Positions 50,602 through 63,900 of a DNA stretch of 64,000 bases are shown here, piece after piece; position 1 is the first letter of the stretch, and every line of letters starts with the position of its first letter. A program made the translations under genes and the position numbers. The notes beneath the pieces are model-generated. The model did not search any database. It saw only the letters and a list, made by a program, of their open reading frames with translations, and was not told the origin of the DNA. The stretch covers positions 9,920,001 through 9,984,000 of the forward strand of contig NC_043004.1 of NCBI RefSeq assembly GCF_006345805.1, read 5' to 3'. The DNA comes from Octopus sinensis (Eukaryota).

Positions 50602-50706
50602 GTCACCTTGAGCACGTGTCTTTTACTATAGCCTCGGGTCGACCAAACCTTGTGAGTGGATTTGGAAGACGGAAACTGAAAGAAGCCTGTCGTATATATG
50701 TATCTA

Positions 50707-50793
<87 letters not shown>

Positions 50794-50837
50794 ATATATA
50801 TATATATGCATGTGTGTGTGTGTGTGTATATGTGTGT

Positions 50838-50869
<32 letters not shown>

Positions 50870-51048
50870 TTGTGTCTGTGTTTGTCCCCCAATGTTGGCG
50901 TATTTGTCCTCGTAATATAGCGGTTCGGCAAAAGAGACCAATAAAATAAGCACTAGACTTACAAAGAATAAGTCCTGAGGTCGATTTGCTCGACTAAAGG
51001 CGATGCTCCGGCATGTCCGCAGTCAAATGACTGAAACAAGTAAAAAAA
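50602..51048 (+). mobile_element. SINE family A lacking the tRNA head
   Basis: Starts at the CORE-like segment; body and tail intact. Confidence 0.8.
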
Positions 51049-51055
51049 TATATAA

Positions 51056-51093
<38 letters not shown>

Positions 51094-51495
51094 ATATACA
51101 CATATATATAATATGTGTGCAAATGTGTAAGTATGTGTGTGTATGCGCGCGTGCGCATATTAGGGTTCTTAAAATATTTTGTATTCAGAGGATTCGTTAT
51201 ATACAGGTGAAATTTTAAGTTCCAGTCAACCCAATATGGAAATCCTTATGAATGTATGCATATATGCATGCATATACCTGTGTACATAAATGCATACATC
51301 CGCATTTATATGCATGCATGTATGTATGTATGTATATATGCATGGATGTATATATTATTGTATGCATGAATGTATGTATATGCATATGTACTTACATGCA
51401 TACACACATTCACTCACACATACATACACACATACACACATACATATATGTTATATATATATATAGAAAAACTAATATACATATGTGTGCTAAGA

Positions 51496-51578
<83 letters not shown>

Positions 51579-52059
51579 CTGTCTGTCTGACTGTCTGTCT
51601 GTCTGTTCATCTATCTATCTATGTTATATATAGAAAAGCTGGGTAAAGAGGGAGTACATCATCAGTTTTGCAGAAATATACTCAACTACAAACAAGCACG
51701 CTTTTTACCATTTACACACCAAATACGCACAGACAGACAGGCACATACACATATGCGCGCACACACACACACACACACAATATTCCATCGTAGTACAACA
51801 TTTTAATGGTTAACAACCAACTCACATCGAGTTACACGTCACATAACATTAATATAAATATATTCTATACTAAGTATCACATATCCAGGTATTCTGTGGC
51901 CAAAAACGCACTACATTCAACATCAAACACTAATCGATAATTCCTTTTTCCATACAAAAAAAGCTATTTTCCTGAATAGAAGGATAAAATGAAAAATTAC
52001 TTTGCCTTCGTTACTTAGCTCATTCCATTATACACATACGCGCATATATATATATATAT

Positions 52060-52106
<47 letters not shown>

Positions 52107-52634
52107 ATATATATATACACACATATGCCTGCATATAACAAAATATGTATATATATATATATGTGTATGTATTTCTGTATGTATGTTTTTCTCAGTATAT
52201 CTTACGTATAACTTCGTGTATTAGTCATAGAATGTTGAATACTCTGTTGTAGGGTTAAAATAATGAAATCTTATAGGCATGCGACGATATATACTGAAAA
52301 TACACATGGAAGTACAGATGTTTAAATATCAAAATAAATGCTAGTTTTCTCTGACAAGGTCGTGTTTCGATTGCCATGTCAAACTCGTAAGTGGAGGAAA
52401 AGGATTGTCTTTTAAATATAAGTTTGGCTTGTATGTTATTAGCGGTGATGTTGTAGGGCAGCTAATAACAACATAGAACAGCCGAAATCTGTATTTAAAA
52501 GACTGTTATATGAAAATGTATATAAAAGCGTGTATAATACTGTCTATAAAATTACATAGCATATTCCATGTGTGCTTGTGTATATCTGTTGATCTATCTA
52601 TTATCTATCTATCTATCTATATTATCTATCTATC

Positions 52635-52665
<31 letters not shown>

Positions 52666-52687
52666 CAATCTCTCTCTCTGTATATAT

Positions 52688-52736
<49 letters not shown>

Positions 52737-52740
<4 letters not shown>

Positions 52741-52872
52741 ATCCAAACAAGAAAACACAAAAAAACACAGCAACGCGAGGACGTGGAACAACTAAAGTAT
52801 TACGCTTAGGAAAGAAGGGAAGGAGGGTTTAATGTTTCGAGCGGAGCTCTTCGTCGGAAACAAAGGAGAAGG
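52737..52872 (-). mobile_element. Family P1, copy 3 (truncated; motif 52827-52861)
   Basis: GTTAATCCAAACAAG...CGAGCGGAGCTCTTCGTCGGAAAC. Confidence 0.7.
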
Positions 52873-53444
52873 CTAAATAACGAAGTATCTTGTATTCTAA
52901 CAAAACCTCCATATTAAGATGGAGATGAAGATTGCTCTTTGGTGATAATATCGCTTCTGTCGCAAATAACTATTTATTACTAAACCCATTTGACATTTGC
53001 GACGCCGGTGCCTGAATAGACACTGAAATCGTATATATTGTTGACGAGAGATTCGCTGCTGGACATCTGTTACTGAGGGATCCGTAGCAGGGTGAAATCG
53101 CGTGAACTGGCCGTTTCGGGTGCCATAGTAGACAATTCTCACCTGTCAACGATATAATTACGTGTGTTTTTATGCACCACGAGAACTTATGAGAGATTCT
53201 CTCAAGGTAAGTAACACAGTAACCTCTGTTCTAACACTACCTCCGCCGTAAAGTTGGAGCTCAAGATTACCTTTGGTATTAGTATTGCTTCTGTCGCTAT
53301 TATATATATATATATATATTTATACGTGTGTAAATGTGTATAATACGCTCTACATCTGGTATATCAACCAACTACTTATATCCAAACAAATATGTACTCC
53401 GATTCATCTTGGTAGGTTACGGTTGGCATTCTGTTTCTACTAAA

Positions 53445-53878
53445 TTCTTATCTTTTGTCATTTACTTGTTTCAGTCATTGGGCTGCGACCACGCTGCAGC
53501 ACCATCTTGAAAGGTTTTAGTCGCGCAAGTTGGTCTTTGTACTTTTTCTTTTAAAGTCTGGTTCTTATTCTATCGAATTCTTTTTTTGACCGTGTCGCCA
53601 ATTTACGCAGAATAAACAAACCAACACCTGTTGTCAAGCTGTGAGAGGGGGAAGATGACACAGTCACACACACACACACTTACACACACATTTACAGACA
53701 CAAACACACACATAAATATATACACGAAAGGATTCCACACAGTTTCCGTCAACTAAAATTTCCCATAAAGCATTGGTCAGCCATAGTAGAAAGCACTTGC
53801 TCAAGTTGCTGCGCAGTGGGACTGAACCAAGAAACATGTGGTTGCAAAGCGAGCTACCTAACCATTCAGCCGTGTCTT
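53445..53878 (-). mobile_element. Diverged SINE family A
   Basis: Tail-to-head reverse-complement match. Confidence 0.75.
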
Positions 53879-53969
53879 TATATTCGCAACAGCATTTATT
53901 CATTCATAAGCACTCTGCGCATGCGCACAAACCACACTCATACTCACCCCTCACCCTCAGTCATGCATT

Positions 53970-54181
53970 CGAGGGGCTGCTGAAAAGTTCCTGGTTTTTG
54001 GTAAAAGAACATACAGGAGGATCAGTTAATTATGATCTTTATCAAACTATCCCCCTCTCAGATTCACACACTTATTGCAGCGGCCCTTCAGTTTTTCTAA
54101 GCCCTCTAAAAGAACTCGGAAGGTTGGCTCTCGAACCAGACCTTTCGTGATACCCTTAAACCCAGGAACTTTTCCTCCTCG
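53970..54181 (-). mobile_element. Mariner-type MITE
   Basis: TIRs CGAGGGGCTGCTGAAAAGTTCCTGG / CCAGGAACTTTT..CCTCG+TA; the minus strand reads GLEKLKGRCNKCVNLRG, like a mariner transposase C-terminus. Confidence 0.75.
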
Positions 54182-55369
54182 TATATACCACGCAAATACA
54201 TTTATATTTCTGGCTGTAACATTTTCAAAACTTCCGTCCCTACTTTTCAAGTTTACCTTTAAATACTATACAAATTTCTCAAGCTAAACTGATATTTGCA
54301 GTTTGAATATAACGAAGACACTGCAAATGAAAGCTAGAAACTCATTTAAGCCTACAACTTCGAAACGTACATGGTGTGCCTGTGGGATTAAGAAGCTCAC
54401 TTTGCCGCTATATGGCATCGTGTGAAGACTCAATGCGTGGTACCTTGGGCAAGTATCTTGTAGTATAGCTCCGAGTCGACCTTGTATAAGGCCTGAAATG
54501 TATACCGACTCGGATCCCGCCACGCCGTCTCGGATCCCACCTTGGTCTTGAATGAGGCGTGGCTGATGATGGAGTATACGGGTACAAGCGATGTTGGGGA
54601 TGAATAGTGACAAGAGATTGAAAAGCCTCAGTGTTATAATGCTTATTGTATAATGTTTAAAGTTTATTGTATGTTATTGAGTTTAAGAGGCTTAACGCCC
54701 CAATTTTTAGATGGACTATTAGTCCAATAATTGTAAAACTGAAGTAAGAAGTTCAATACCTCGTTTTGTCTTTTGTCTGTAAAAAAAAAATAAGAGAATA
54801 ATGTTTTAGAGAAGCAAAAAATCGGCGGGCGTTTTTTGTCTTCTCCCATTAATATCATCCTTTTTTCATCATTCACCTCATCAATGTTTTTGTCCAGACT
54901 GCAAGCTACTCTGTGTCATGCCCTTATGGCAAAATTTTTGAAATAATGTATAAGGCCTGAAATGTATGCGTGTATGTGTGTGTGATGCGGGACTACACTA
55001 GAGTTTCCCAAGCAACGAGAAATTCAAGAATCCGATTCTTTTTCACTGAGGGCAGTTTTTGAGGAGAAACACAGTCATCGAGAAACAATGCTAAAAACAC
55101 CTTCTCTTCAACACATAGCAGCGAAATTGACCGAAACTGATTGATTTTCCTTGTATTTTTGTATTAAACTGCCGACCGAAAATAATATTAAGATCGGAAT
55201 TTAAAATCAACTTGCCACATGATGCTTATAACAATAACAGAGACCTACATCTCGCAAATACAACGAAAGAACTGTATCATTGTTCAGAATCTAAAACTTA
55301 TGAATTTTTTATTGGGCTTTTTATTGAAACGTTTTATACGAAACACTTCATTTTCAAAGTTATAAGCTT

Positions 55370-55506
55370 TTATTTTCTACTTGTTTCAGTCATTAGACTA
55401 CGGCCATGCTGGGGCACCAACTTGAAACATTTTTAGTCGAATGATTCGAAACAAACATAGACACGAGACACACACCTATATATATATATATATATATAGT
55501 ATATAT

Positions 55507-55540
<34 letters not shown>

Positions 55541-55603
55541 ATATTATATAATATATATAATATATATATATACATTATATGCGCACGCGCACGTGCATAT
55601 ATA

Positions 55604-55640
<37 letters not shown>

Positions 55641-55928
55641 GATAAAATTTTCGAAAAAAAAAATTAATAAATGGCAGCATATTAAAAAATACCTTTAAAG
55701 GTTAAATTTATAAACAAGGGCAAAAGAAAAAATTCCAATGCCAAATATGCCGAAAATAGACTTAACTCGTCAATAACCATATAATTCATTACTATAGTGA
55801 TCACTATAGTGCTTATAGTGATGAATTATATGGTTATTGACGATTTAAGTCTATTTTCGACATATTTAGCATTGGAATTTTTTTCTTTTGCCCTTGTTTA
55901 TAAGTTGTACACACACACGCACACACAC

Positions 55929-55969
<41 letters not shown>

Positions 55970-56108
55970 GCCGGACTTTCAGTTTCCGTCTACCACATCC
56001 ACTCAAAAAGCTTTGCCTGGCTATAAAAGAAAGCACATGCTCAAGGTGTCACGTAGTGGGACTGAACCAGGAACCATGTGGTTGAGAAGTAAGCTTCTTA
56101 CCACACAA
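55370..56108 (-). mobile_element. SINE family A with fold-back element P5 in its microsatellite
   Basis: Tail 55370-55470, head 55960-56108. Confidence 0.75.
55636..55903. mobile_element. (TA)n-embedded fold-back element P5
   Basis: Arms 55708-55796 / 55814-55903 with 4 substitutions and 1 indel; centre contains the palindrome TATAGTGATCACTATA. Confidence 0.6.
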
Positions 56109-56140
56109 CCTCGAGAAATATCTGTTTCAGTTATCAATAA

Positions 56141-56382
56141 GACGGAGAGCTGGCAGAATCGTTACTGGCCAAAAATGCTTAGCGGCATTTCGTCCGTCAT
56201 TACGTTCTGAGTTCAAATTCCGCCGAGGTTACTTTGCCTTTCATCCTTTCGAGCTCGATGAAATAAATACCATTTACGCACTAGAATCGATGAAATAAAT
56301 ACCAGTTACACATTGGGATCGATGTAATCGGCTAGCTCCACCCCAACAGATTTCAGGCTTTACACCTGTAGTAGAAAGGATT
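56141..56382 (+). mobile_element. SINE family B
   Basis: GAGCTGGCAGAATCG head; GAGTTCAAATTCCGCCGAGG. Confidence 0.8.
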
Positions 56383-56901
56383 ATTAAAGCATTTGATTTT
56401 CAATAAACAGCTGATTTTAAATTCTATTTCTATTTTAAATTCTATTTCTGCTATTAATTGTGGAGATTTGATTAAAAATTTTTTCAATATTTTTTATTGG
56501 GTGAAAAGGCATAATTGGTTTCTTGACATTAATGGAGCTTTAGAAGTATTTTGCAATTTACTTCGTTATTTCACCGGCATGTAAGTAAACAGTTTACTTC
56601 TCTTACGTTAATTTCTTTCTAGCACATCACAACGTAAAGAATTATTTTTACTTCGACTGGTCTCGCTCTCTGTAACATCGTGCCAAATGACATAAGGGAA
56701 GAAAAAGATCTAATAACATTCAAGCGGTTCCTGGACATGCAGGCGTGGATGTGAGGTAAGAAGCTTGATTCCCAACCATTTAAACTTGGACTCAGTCCCA
56801 TTGCGCTGCAGCTTGGGCAAGCATCTTCTACATTGTGAGTGAATTCGGTAGACGGAAAGCAAAAGAAGCATGCCATGTGTGTGTGTGTGTGTGTGTGTAA
56901 A

Positions 56902-57115
56902 GGATGAATGGCAAAGTCGATCTTGGCGCAATTTGAACTTAGAACTTAAAAACGCTCGAAATGTCAAGTTCTGAGCTCAAATTCCGCGGAGATCGACTTT
57001 GCATTTCATCCTTTCGGGGATCGATAAAATAAGTACCAACTGAACACTGGGGGGGGGGGCAATGTAATCACCTTTCTCCGCCGAAATGGTTGGCCTTGTG
57101 CCAAATTTGAAACCA
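56902..57115. mobile_element. Head-to-head SINE B fragments
   Basis: 56902-56947 (-) and 56966-57115 (+). Confidence 0.75.
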
Positions 57116-57159
<44 letters not shown>

Positions 57160-57699
57160 TATGTATAATATATATGTATGTATATATATGATATATATAT
57201 GATGTGCGTGTGTGTGTGTGTGTGCTCTATGCATGTATATGCGTGTAAAACTTAGGAGCCGGAAATTATCTAGATGTGCCATCTGCCAAAAACAACAAAT
57301 ATCAAAAAACAACAAACATAAAAGAATACAAAAAGAGCGGACAGAACAAAGTCGAAAGATGTCTATAGATTCTTAGCTCTGATAACCCCCATTTTGTTGT
57401 TGTTATTGCACTGGTTGTTGTTGTTGTTGCTGTTACTTGTGTTCCTGTTACTATGGTTGTTGTTGTCGTTATTGGTGTAGCTCTTGTTTTTTTTCTTGAA
57501 CAGTTCGGTAGTTCCTGTCCAGTTACGGTAAGATTGTTATGTAGCAATCACCATCTTAACAGACTGATGGAAAATAAATACATTAGTCTGCTTGTAAAAA
57601 AAAAAAAGATGGCATATCTATTTTGGCGCAGAGCGCCACCTATGAAGTGGTTTAAAAACAACAACAGCCATTCACTATGTATATGTGTTGTATTATATT

Positions 57700-57743
<44 letters not shown>

Positions 57744-58003
57744 GTATTATGATATTACGCAGGCATATATGGGCAGATCTCATGCTGTTGTATGTGTGTG
57801 TCTTTGTGTGTGTGTGCGTGTGTGTGTATGTGTGTAAGTTTATGTGTGACCGATTATCCTGTGTTGTGTTTTCTGTCTATCAAATTGTTTAGATATATTT
57901 CAATGTATATTTTTATTAACAGTTTGTTTTAATGTAAGAACAGATAGAAAAACTCGTTACAGTATGGAACAAACTTTCAAAGGTGTAATGCAGAGAGTGA
58001 GAG

Positions 58004-58035
<32 letters not shown>

Positions 58036-58250
58036 CTGAGAGAGAAACAAAGAGATATATATATATATATAGAGAGAGAGAGAGCGAGTCATTCGTACAA
58101 CACATATGCATACGTACGAACAAATATATATATTATATAATATATATATATATATGATAATATATATATATATTATATCTATATTATTATATATATATGT
58201 ATATATATATACATATATATATATAGTGTGTGTGCGTGCGTGTGTATATA

Positions 58251-58465
58251 TGGGGGCGGTGTGTGCTGAAAAGTTCCTGGCTTTAAGGGTGTCGTGAACG
58301 GCCTGTTGGAAACCAGCCTTCCGAATTCTTTTACTATGCTTAGAAAAAAACTGAAGGACCGCCGCAATAAGCGTGTGAACCTGAGAAGGGGAATATGTTG
58401 ACTAAAATCATAATCCTCTTGAATTTTCTTTCATCCAGCGCTAGGAACTTTTCAGCACACCTTCG
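58251..58465 (+). mobile_element. Mariner-type MITE
   Basis: GTGCTGAAAAGTTCCTGG / CTAGGAACTTTTCAGCAC TIRs; internal sequence is the reverse complement of the 53970 copy. Confidence 0.8.
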
Positions 58466-58739
58466 TATGTATATATGTGCATCCATTAGTATGTATATGA
58501 ATGCGCACATACACACATACATATATATGCAAACATGTTGATATACAGTCTCACTTTCTAACACGTTTGTGTATAAGCTCATGTGTTCGTGTGTGTATGT
58601 GAGTGTATTGAAATGAGCTGGCAGATACAGTACACTGTGTTAAGTCTCCGTGTATTCTCGCAAATTCAACGCGTGCGCACATACACACATATACATAACT
58701 CATTTGCAAAAGATTGTGGCTATGATCGGGTTCCGCCAT

Positions 58740-58990
<251 letters not shown>

Positions 58991-59749
58991 ACATTATTAT
59001 GTATTAATTCCCTTATGTATTAATTCCATTTTTAGTCGAATGATTCGAGACAAACCTCGGAGTTTATTTTATAATGCCCGTCGACGGCTATCCGCTGTCG
59101 GATACTATCATCCAACGAAGATGTATCAGTCCATTGATGGTATATCTGAAAATCCGTGACTATCCGTTGTGTTCATATAAATTATTAACAAGGAAAATGG
59201 AGTGAGCAACTAATTTTCAATAATGTTTTCATCGATGCTTTTCCAGAAATTTATGGCAAGAATATTATTAAATAATATATGAAATGATACATCAAATCAG
59301 TATTATTCCAGCAATACTGGAAAATATGAAAATATCGACTCTTCAGGTCTATGCATTAATCGAATATGTAAGTGTATCAGCTTCGATCATATGTTGGTTC
59401 TCTGCAAGCTCAAGTAAGACACCCATTCAAAAACGCTTCCAATACTTAGAACGGTGTGCTGTTGTTATGCGCACAAATATTTTTGACTACAATAAGAAGA
59501 CAGCCATCGGATTGATTGGAATATACTCACTCGCCAATGCTCATAACAACTTCTGGCTCATGGATGTATTGTCTTACTTTGTCTCTGTCCACTCTATCCT
59601 GCTCTTCTGAAACAGCTAGCTACTTACCATATTTACTTAGGTCAATCAAACACAATCGCCTACTCTCTTCTTATTACTTATACAGTGCCTCATCCCTCAA
59701 GCCTCCACTGAAAGTCGTCACTCTAAACATGAAGATTTTATGAAGTTAA

Positions 59750-59963
59750 AACTGACGATAAGTGACAACAACTGACGGCAATTGACTTCCCGACAACTAA
59801 TGATGACTGACATAAACCGACAACTTAATTACAATCGAAGCCAACTGAAGACAACTAATGACAACCAAAGACAACCGACAATAGCTGACGAAAGCAGACA
59901 ACAGTCAACGATACTCGATTTTAATCAACGACAGTCAACGACAACCAACGATGTCCTACGATA
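59750..59963. repeat. ~80-bp minisatellite, left part
   Basis: GACGAAAGCAGAC anchor at 59887; built from ~11-nt AACGACAACCA-like subunits. Confidence 0.75.
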
Positions 59964-62079
59964 AAACTTAGATAAAACTTAGATATGTTTCGACCAGAGA
60001 TTGGTCCAGGCCATGTCTAACTTAATAGCACCACCTGATAGGATTATTCGAATCCTGTTTAAGTCAAGTTTTGTTCAAGTAGTGAGTTCTTGTTGGGTGA
60101 GTTGTATCCAGTTTTTTTCAAGTAGTGAGTTCTTGTTGGGTGAGTTGTATCCAATTATGGGTGGCTTATCTGGTATTCTTTGAAGGAATCTATCCAGACT
60201 CTGTTTGAAGTTGATGGTATCCTTTTCCTCTTTGATCTCTCTCGGGACAATGTTAAATAGGGCAGGGCCTGTTGAGGAAAAGAAATTATGTTGCAGTGTA
60301 CATGTATGTTGTGATCTTGAATTTGGCAGGGGACGTATAGCCCGTGGTCCAAGTCTCGGATGAACCTTGAAGCTAATGTTTAGGTCGTTTGGGCAAAGTT
60401 GGCGGTATATTTTCCACATCGTACAAATGATGTACCGCTCACGGCGACGCTGGAGGAGTAAAGTTTCAAGGCTTTAAGGCGATCCCAATAGTCGAGAGCA
60501 GCCATGCCTTCAATTTGTTTAGTGAGAGCCCTCTGGGGTGACTCAATTCTGGAGATGTTTTGTCTTGTGTGAGGAGACCACAGTGGGCAGCAGTATTCAA
60601 GGTGTGGCCGTACAAAGGATGAAAAAAGTGGTATGATGACACCTTGTTCTCTGGACCGGAAAGTTCTTAAGATCCAGGAACTCATCTACGAGCTGTATCG
60701 ACCTTCTTGTTGATGTGTGCACTCCAACTGAGATCGTCATCAACAATTACACCCAGGTCTCTGATATTGTTAGAGGCTGTGAGCGGTTCCCCTGAAGGAA
60801 GAGAGTATGGTTGTTTTAGTGAGGAATTTCTTCCAAAATGCATCAGCTCAAATTTTCCCTCATTCAGTTGCATTTTGTTTCTGTCTGCCCATGACTCACA
60901 GCATATAGGTCAGACTGGAGTTGAGTTCGGTCTGCTTCTTCATTGACGATTTGCTGGAGCTTAGTGTCATCAGCGAATATTTTCACTTTGCAGTGATGTA
61001 CGACACTGGAAAGGTCGTTACATAAATTATGAAGAGTAGCGGACCCAAAACAGTTCCCTGGGGAACACCGCTGGTGACTTTTGCTGGGTTTGAGTGGACT
61101 CCATCAACTACAACATGTTGTGTTCTATTCGCTAGGAAATACTGAATCTAGTGTAGAACTTTTCACGGATTCCAACATTTGCCAATTTTGAGAGTAGTAG
61201 GGATGTTATGGTCTACCCTGTCGAACGCTTTACTGAAGTCAAGGTATATGACGTCAGAGTTCGAACCTGTTCCCAAGGCTTTGAGTACATCTTCAATGTG
61301 GTGTAAGAGCTGTGTTAGACAGTCCCTGCCACAGCGAAAGCCATGCTGATTTGAATTTAGGAGTTTGTGGGTCTCCAGGAAGTCAGCTATCCTTGATCTT
61401 AACACTCTTTAAAACACTTTAATGATGTGGGAGGTGAGTGAGAGATTGGGCGATAGTTGACTGCGGGGATCTGTTTCCCTGTTTGAAAACCGGGATGACC
61501 GACTGGGATAGAAACTTTTTCGGTATATAACCTGCGTCTAACGAGTTTCTCAGAGGTTGGTCAGAGGGACTGCAAGTTGATATCTACATTCCTTCAGGAG
61601 ACTGGCGGGAAATCTATCAGGGCCTACAGCAGAGTAATGTTTGACCTCATTTATTGCTGCTACGATATGTCGGTGGTAGTGAAGGTTATGTCTGCGATTT
61701 TGTGTTGGGAGTCAGCTTCGTTCGTTTCCCTCACATCAATATCAGTGGGAACACTGAGAAGACAGAGCAATATTGTTTCTGCAGTATTTCTGCCATTTCT
61801 TTAGCATCGTGTTGGGGAATGCCGTTTTCATCAATCAATGGCCCAAAGGTGAGACAGTGGTTCTATGCTTATTTGCCATAAGAATAGAACACTTTTGGGT
61901 TCTGTTTGATGTTTTTGATTACCCATTGTTCCTCCACAGCTCTTTGATTTTCAATGGAGGTTTTCATGTTAGTCTGGAGATGAAGTTTTTCCAGCTCTAG
62001 TCTTTTCATTGTTGTTGAATGTGGATGTTGCGTGTGGGAATATTTTAATTGGTTGATTTTTTTGTTGAGTCTTTTGATG
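59964..62079 (-). mobile_element. CR1-clade LINE, 5'-truncated, multiple frameshifts
   Basis: Minus-strand RT motifs QHGFR, YLDFSKAFDRVDH, GVPQG (~61053-61069), FADD (60966-60977), RDLGV and RPHLEYC; tail of two ATCTAAGTTTT units; CGATA at both flanks. Confidence 0.92.
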
Positions 62080-62520
62080 CGATAGGGGACGAAAGCGGAC
62101 AGTAGTCAACGAAATTCGATAATAATCAATGACGGCCGGCAACAATTAACGACAACTTGATAACTGACAAAAGCAAATGACTATCAACAATACTTGATAA
62201 TCAGTGACAGCCAACTACAACCAGCGACTACCTGATAACTGACGAAAGCAGACGACAGTCAACAACACTCGATGATAATCAATGACTGCCAACGTCAACC
62301 AATGACAACCTACGATAAGGGACGAAAGCAGACGACAGTCAACAATCCTAGATGATAATCGATGACTGCGAACGACAGCCAAAGACAACAAACGATAATT
62401 GACGAAAACAAACGACTGTCAACGGCATTCAACGATAATCAATGACAGCCAACGACAACTAAACGACAACCTACGATGACTGACCACAACCATCGACAAC
62501 AAGCTTCAGCAGTCCATAAC
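62080..62520. repeat. ~80-bp minisatellite, right part
   Basis: Anchors at 62088, 62166, 62241, 62321, 62401 and ~62482 (periods 75-81). Confidence 0.9.
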
Positions 62521-63069
62521 AGACGACAACTTGCTTGTATTAATTGAAAATACAGAGAAAAAAATATAAATAAAACAGATCAAAATAAAATTGCCGAAAA
62601 TACTGCAAATAAATAAATAAAAAAAGACACCCCGATGTTTAGAAAAGATCAATCAATCAATTAATCAATAAAAATAAATCAACGAATAAAATCAACTAAT
62701 ACACACATCCCACACATACATCCATACATGCATACACACCGACGCACGCATGCGCACACGGATACACCTATGTGTATACGTGTGTATAAACACAAAGTAA
62801 AGTTTAAAAGACGCAAAATATAAATGGAATTAAATGGCTGCTATATTTTATTAGAACTACAGTAGAGAGTTGATGAAATGATCTTTAACCTAAAAAACCC
62901 CCCAAATAAACAAAGAAAAAAACTCAACAAAAAAACAAAGACATAAAATTCAATGATATCATTCATAAAACAAAACAACCAGCGACATCTGGTCTAAGTT
63001 TTTCTAATCACTGTAAACCAAGCTGTAGTTGATAATTACCTCTTATTGGTTTGCTTTACTTTTTTATCA

Positions 63070-63451
63070 CCCGCGTGCGTGTGTATGTGTGTGTGTGTGT
63101 GCGCGAGTGTGTGTGTGTGTGTGCGCGCGAATGTGTGTGTGTGTGTGTGGTTGTGTGTTTGTGAGTACGTATGAATCCGTCTCCTTGTCTCTGTCTCTAT
63201 CTATCTCTCTCTTTAAGTGTCTCTCCCTTTCACTCCTCGAAAACGATCACTGACTACTCCTCCCCCTTCATCCCCCCCACAATAAATCATGTTCACCAAT
63301 TCTATTTATGCTATTGAGTTTTGTGTTTGGCTTCAAGGAACTTTCTCGGTGGTTTGGCTTCTCAGAAATGTTTTTCTAAAATTTCTGGGTGTGTTTCATG
63401 TTGTGGTGTGAGTGCGCACCCCTACCACTGCACCCGCATGCACGCATACGC

Positions 63452-63483
<32 letters not shown>

Positions 63484-63580
63484 TCTCTCTCTCATACATA
63501 CTCATATACATACACAAACATGCACACACACACACGTGCACACACATGTATGAATATATATATATGTGTGTGTGTATATA

Positions 63581-63617
<37 letters not shown>

Positions 63618-63772
63618 ATATATATATATATATAGCCTGATATATATATGTATATATTCATGTACATACACACACATATATTTAATTATATATATATAAA
63701 AGTCTATTGAGAATAATATGTACACACACACATGTTTGTGTGTATGTATGTAAGAATTTTATGAGTGTTGGG

Positions 63773-63821
<49 letters not shown>

Positions 63822-63900
63822 TCCCACACTCACACACATGCATATACACACACACCCAGCACACACATTAAGCATCATGCACGTATATATGCGTACATAC
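63070..63900. repeat. Mixed (GT)n/(CA)n/(TA)n microsatellite-rich block
   Basis: Directly visible, interspersed with short unique segments. Confidence 0.8.

Noticed and set aside
59312-59367. 56-nt plus-strand candidate exon with a GTAAGT donor
   Set aside because: Two frames are open, neither is recognisable, and there is no supporting neighbour.
60074-60153. 37-bp tandem duplication near the CR1 ORF end
   Set aside because: A simple local slippage or assembly duplication in a dead LINE.
62080-62520. Regularly spaced repeats as a CRISPR-like array
   Set aside because: The whole units are homologous with no unique spacers, there are no cas genes, and the context is eukaryotic.
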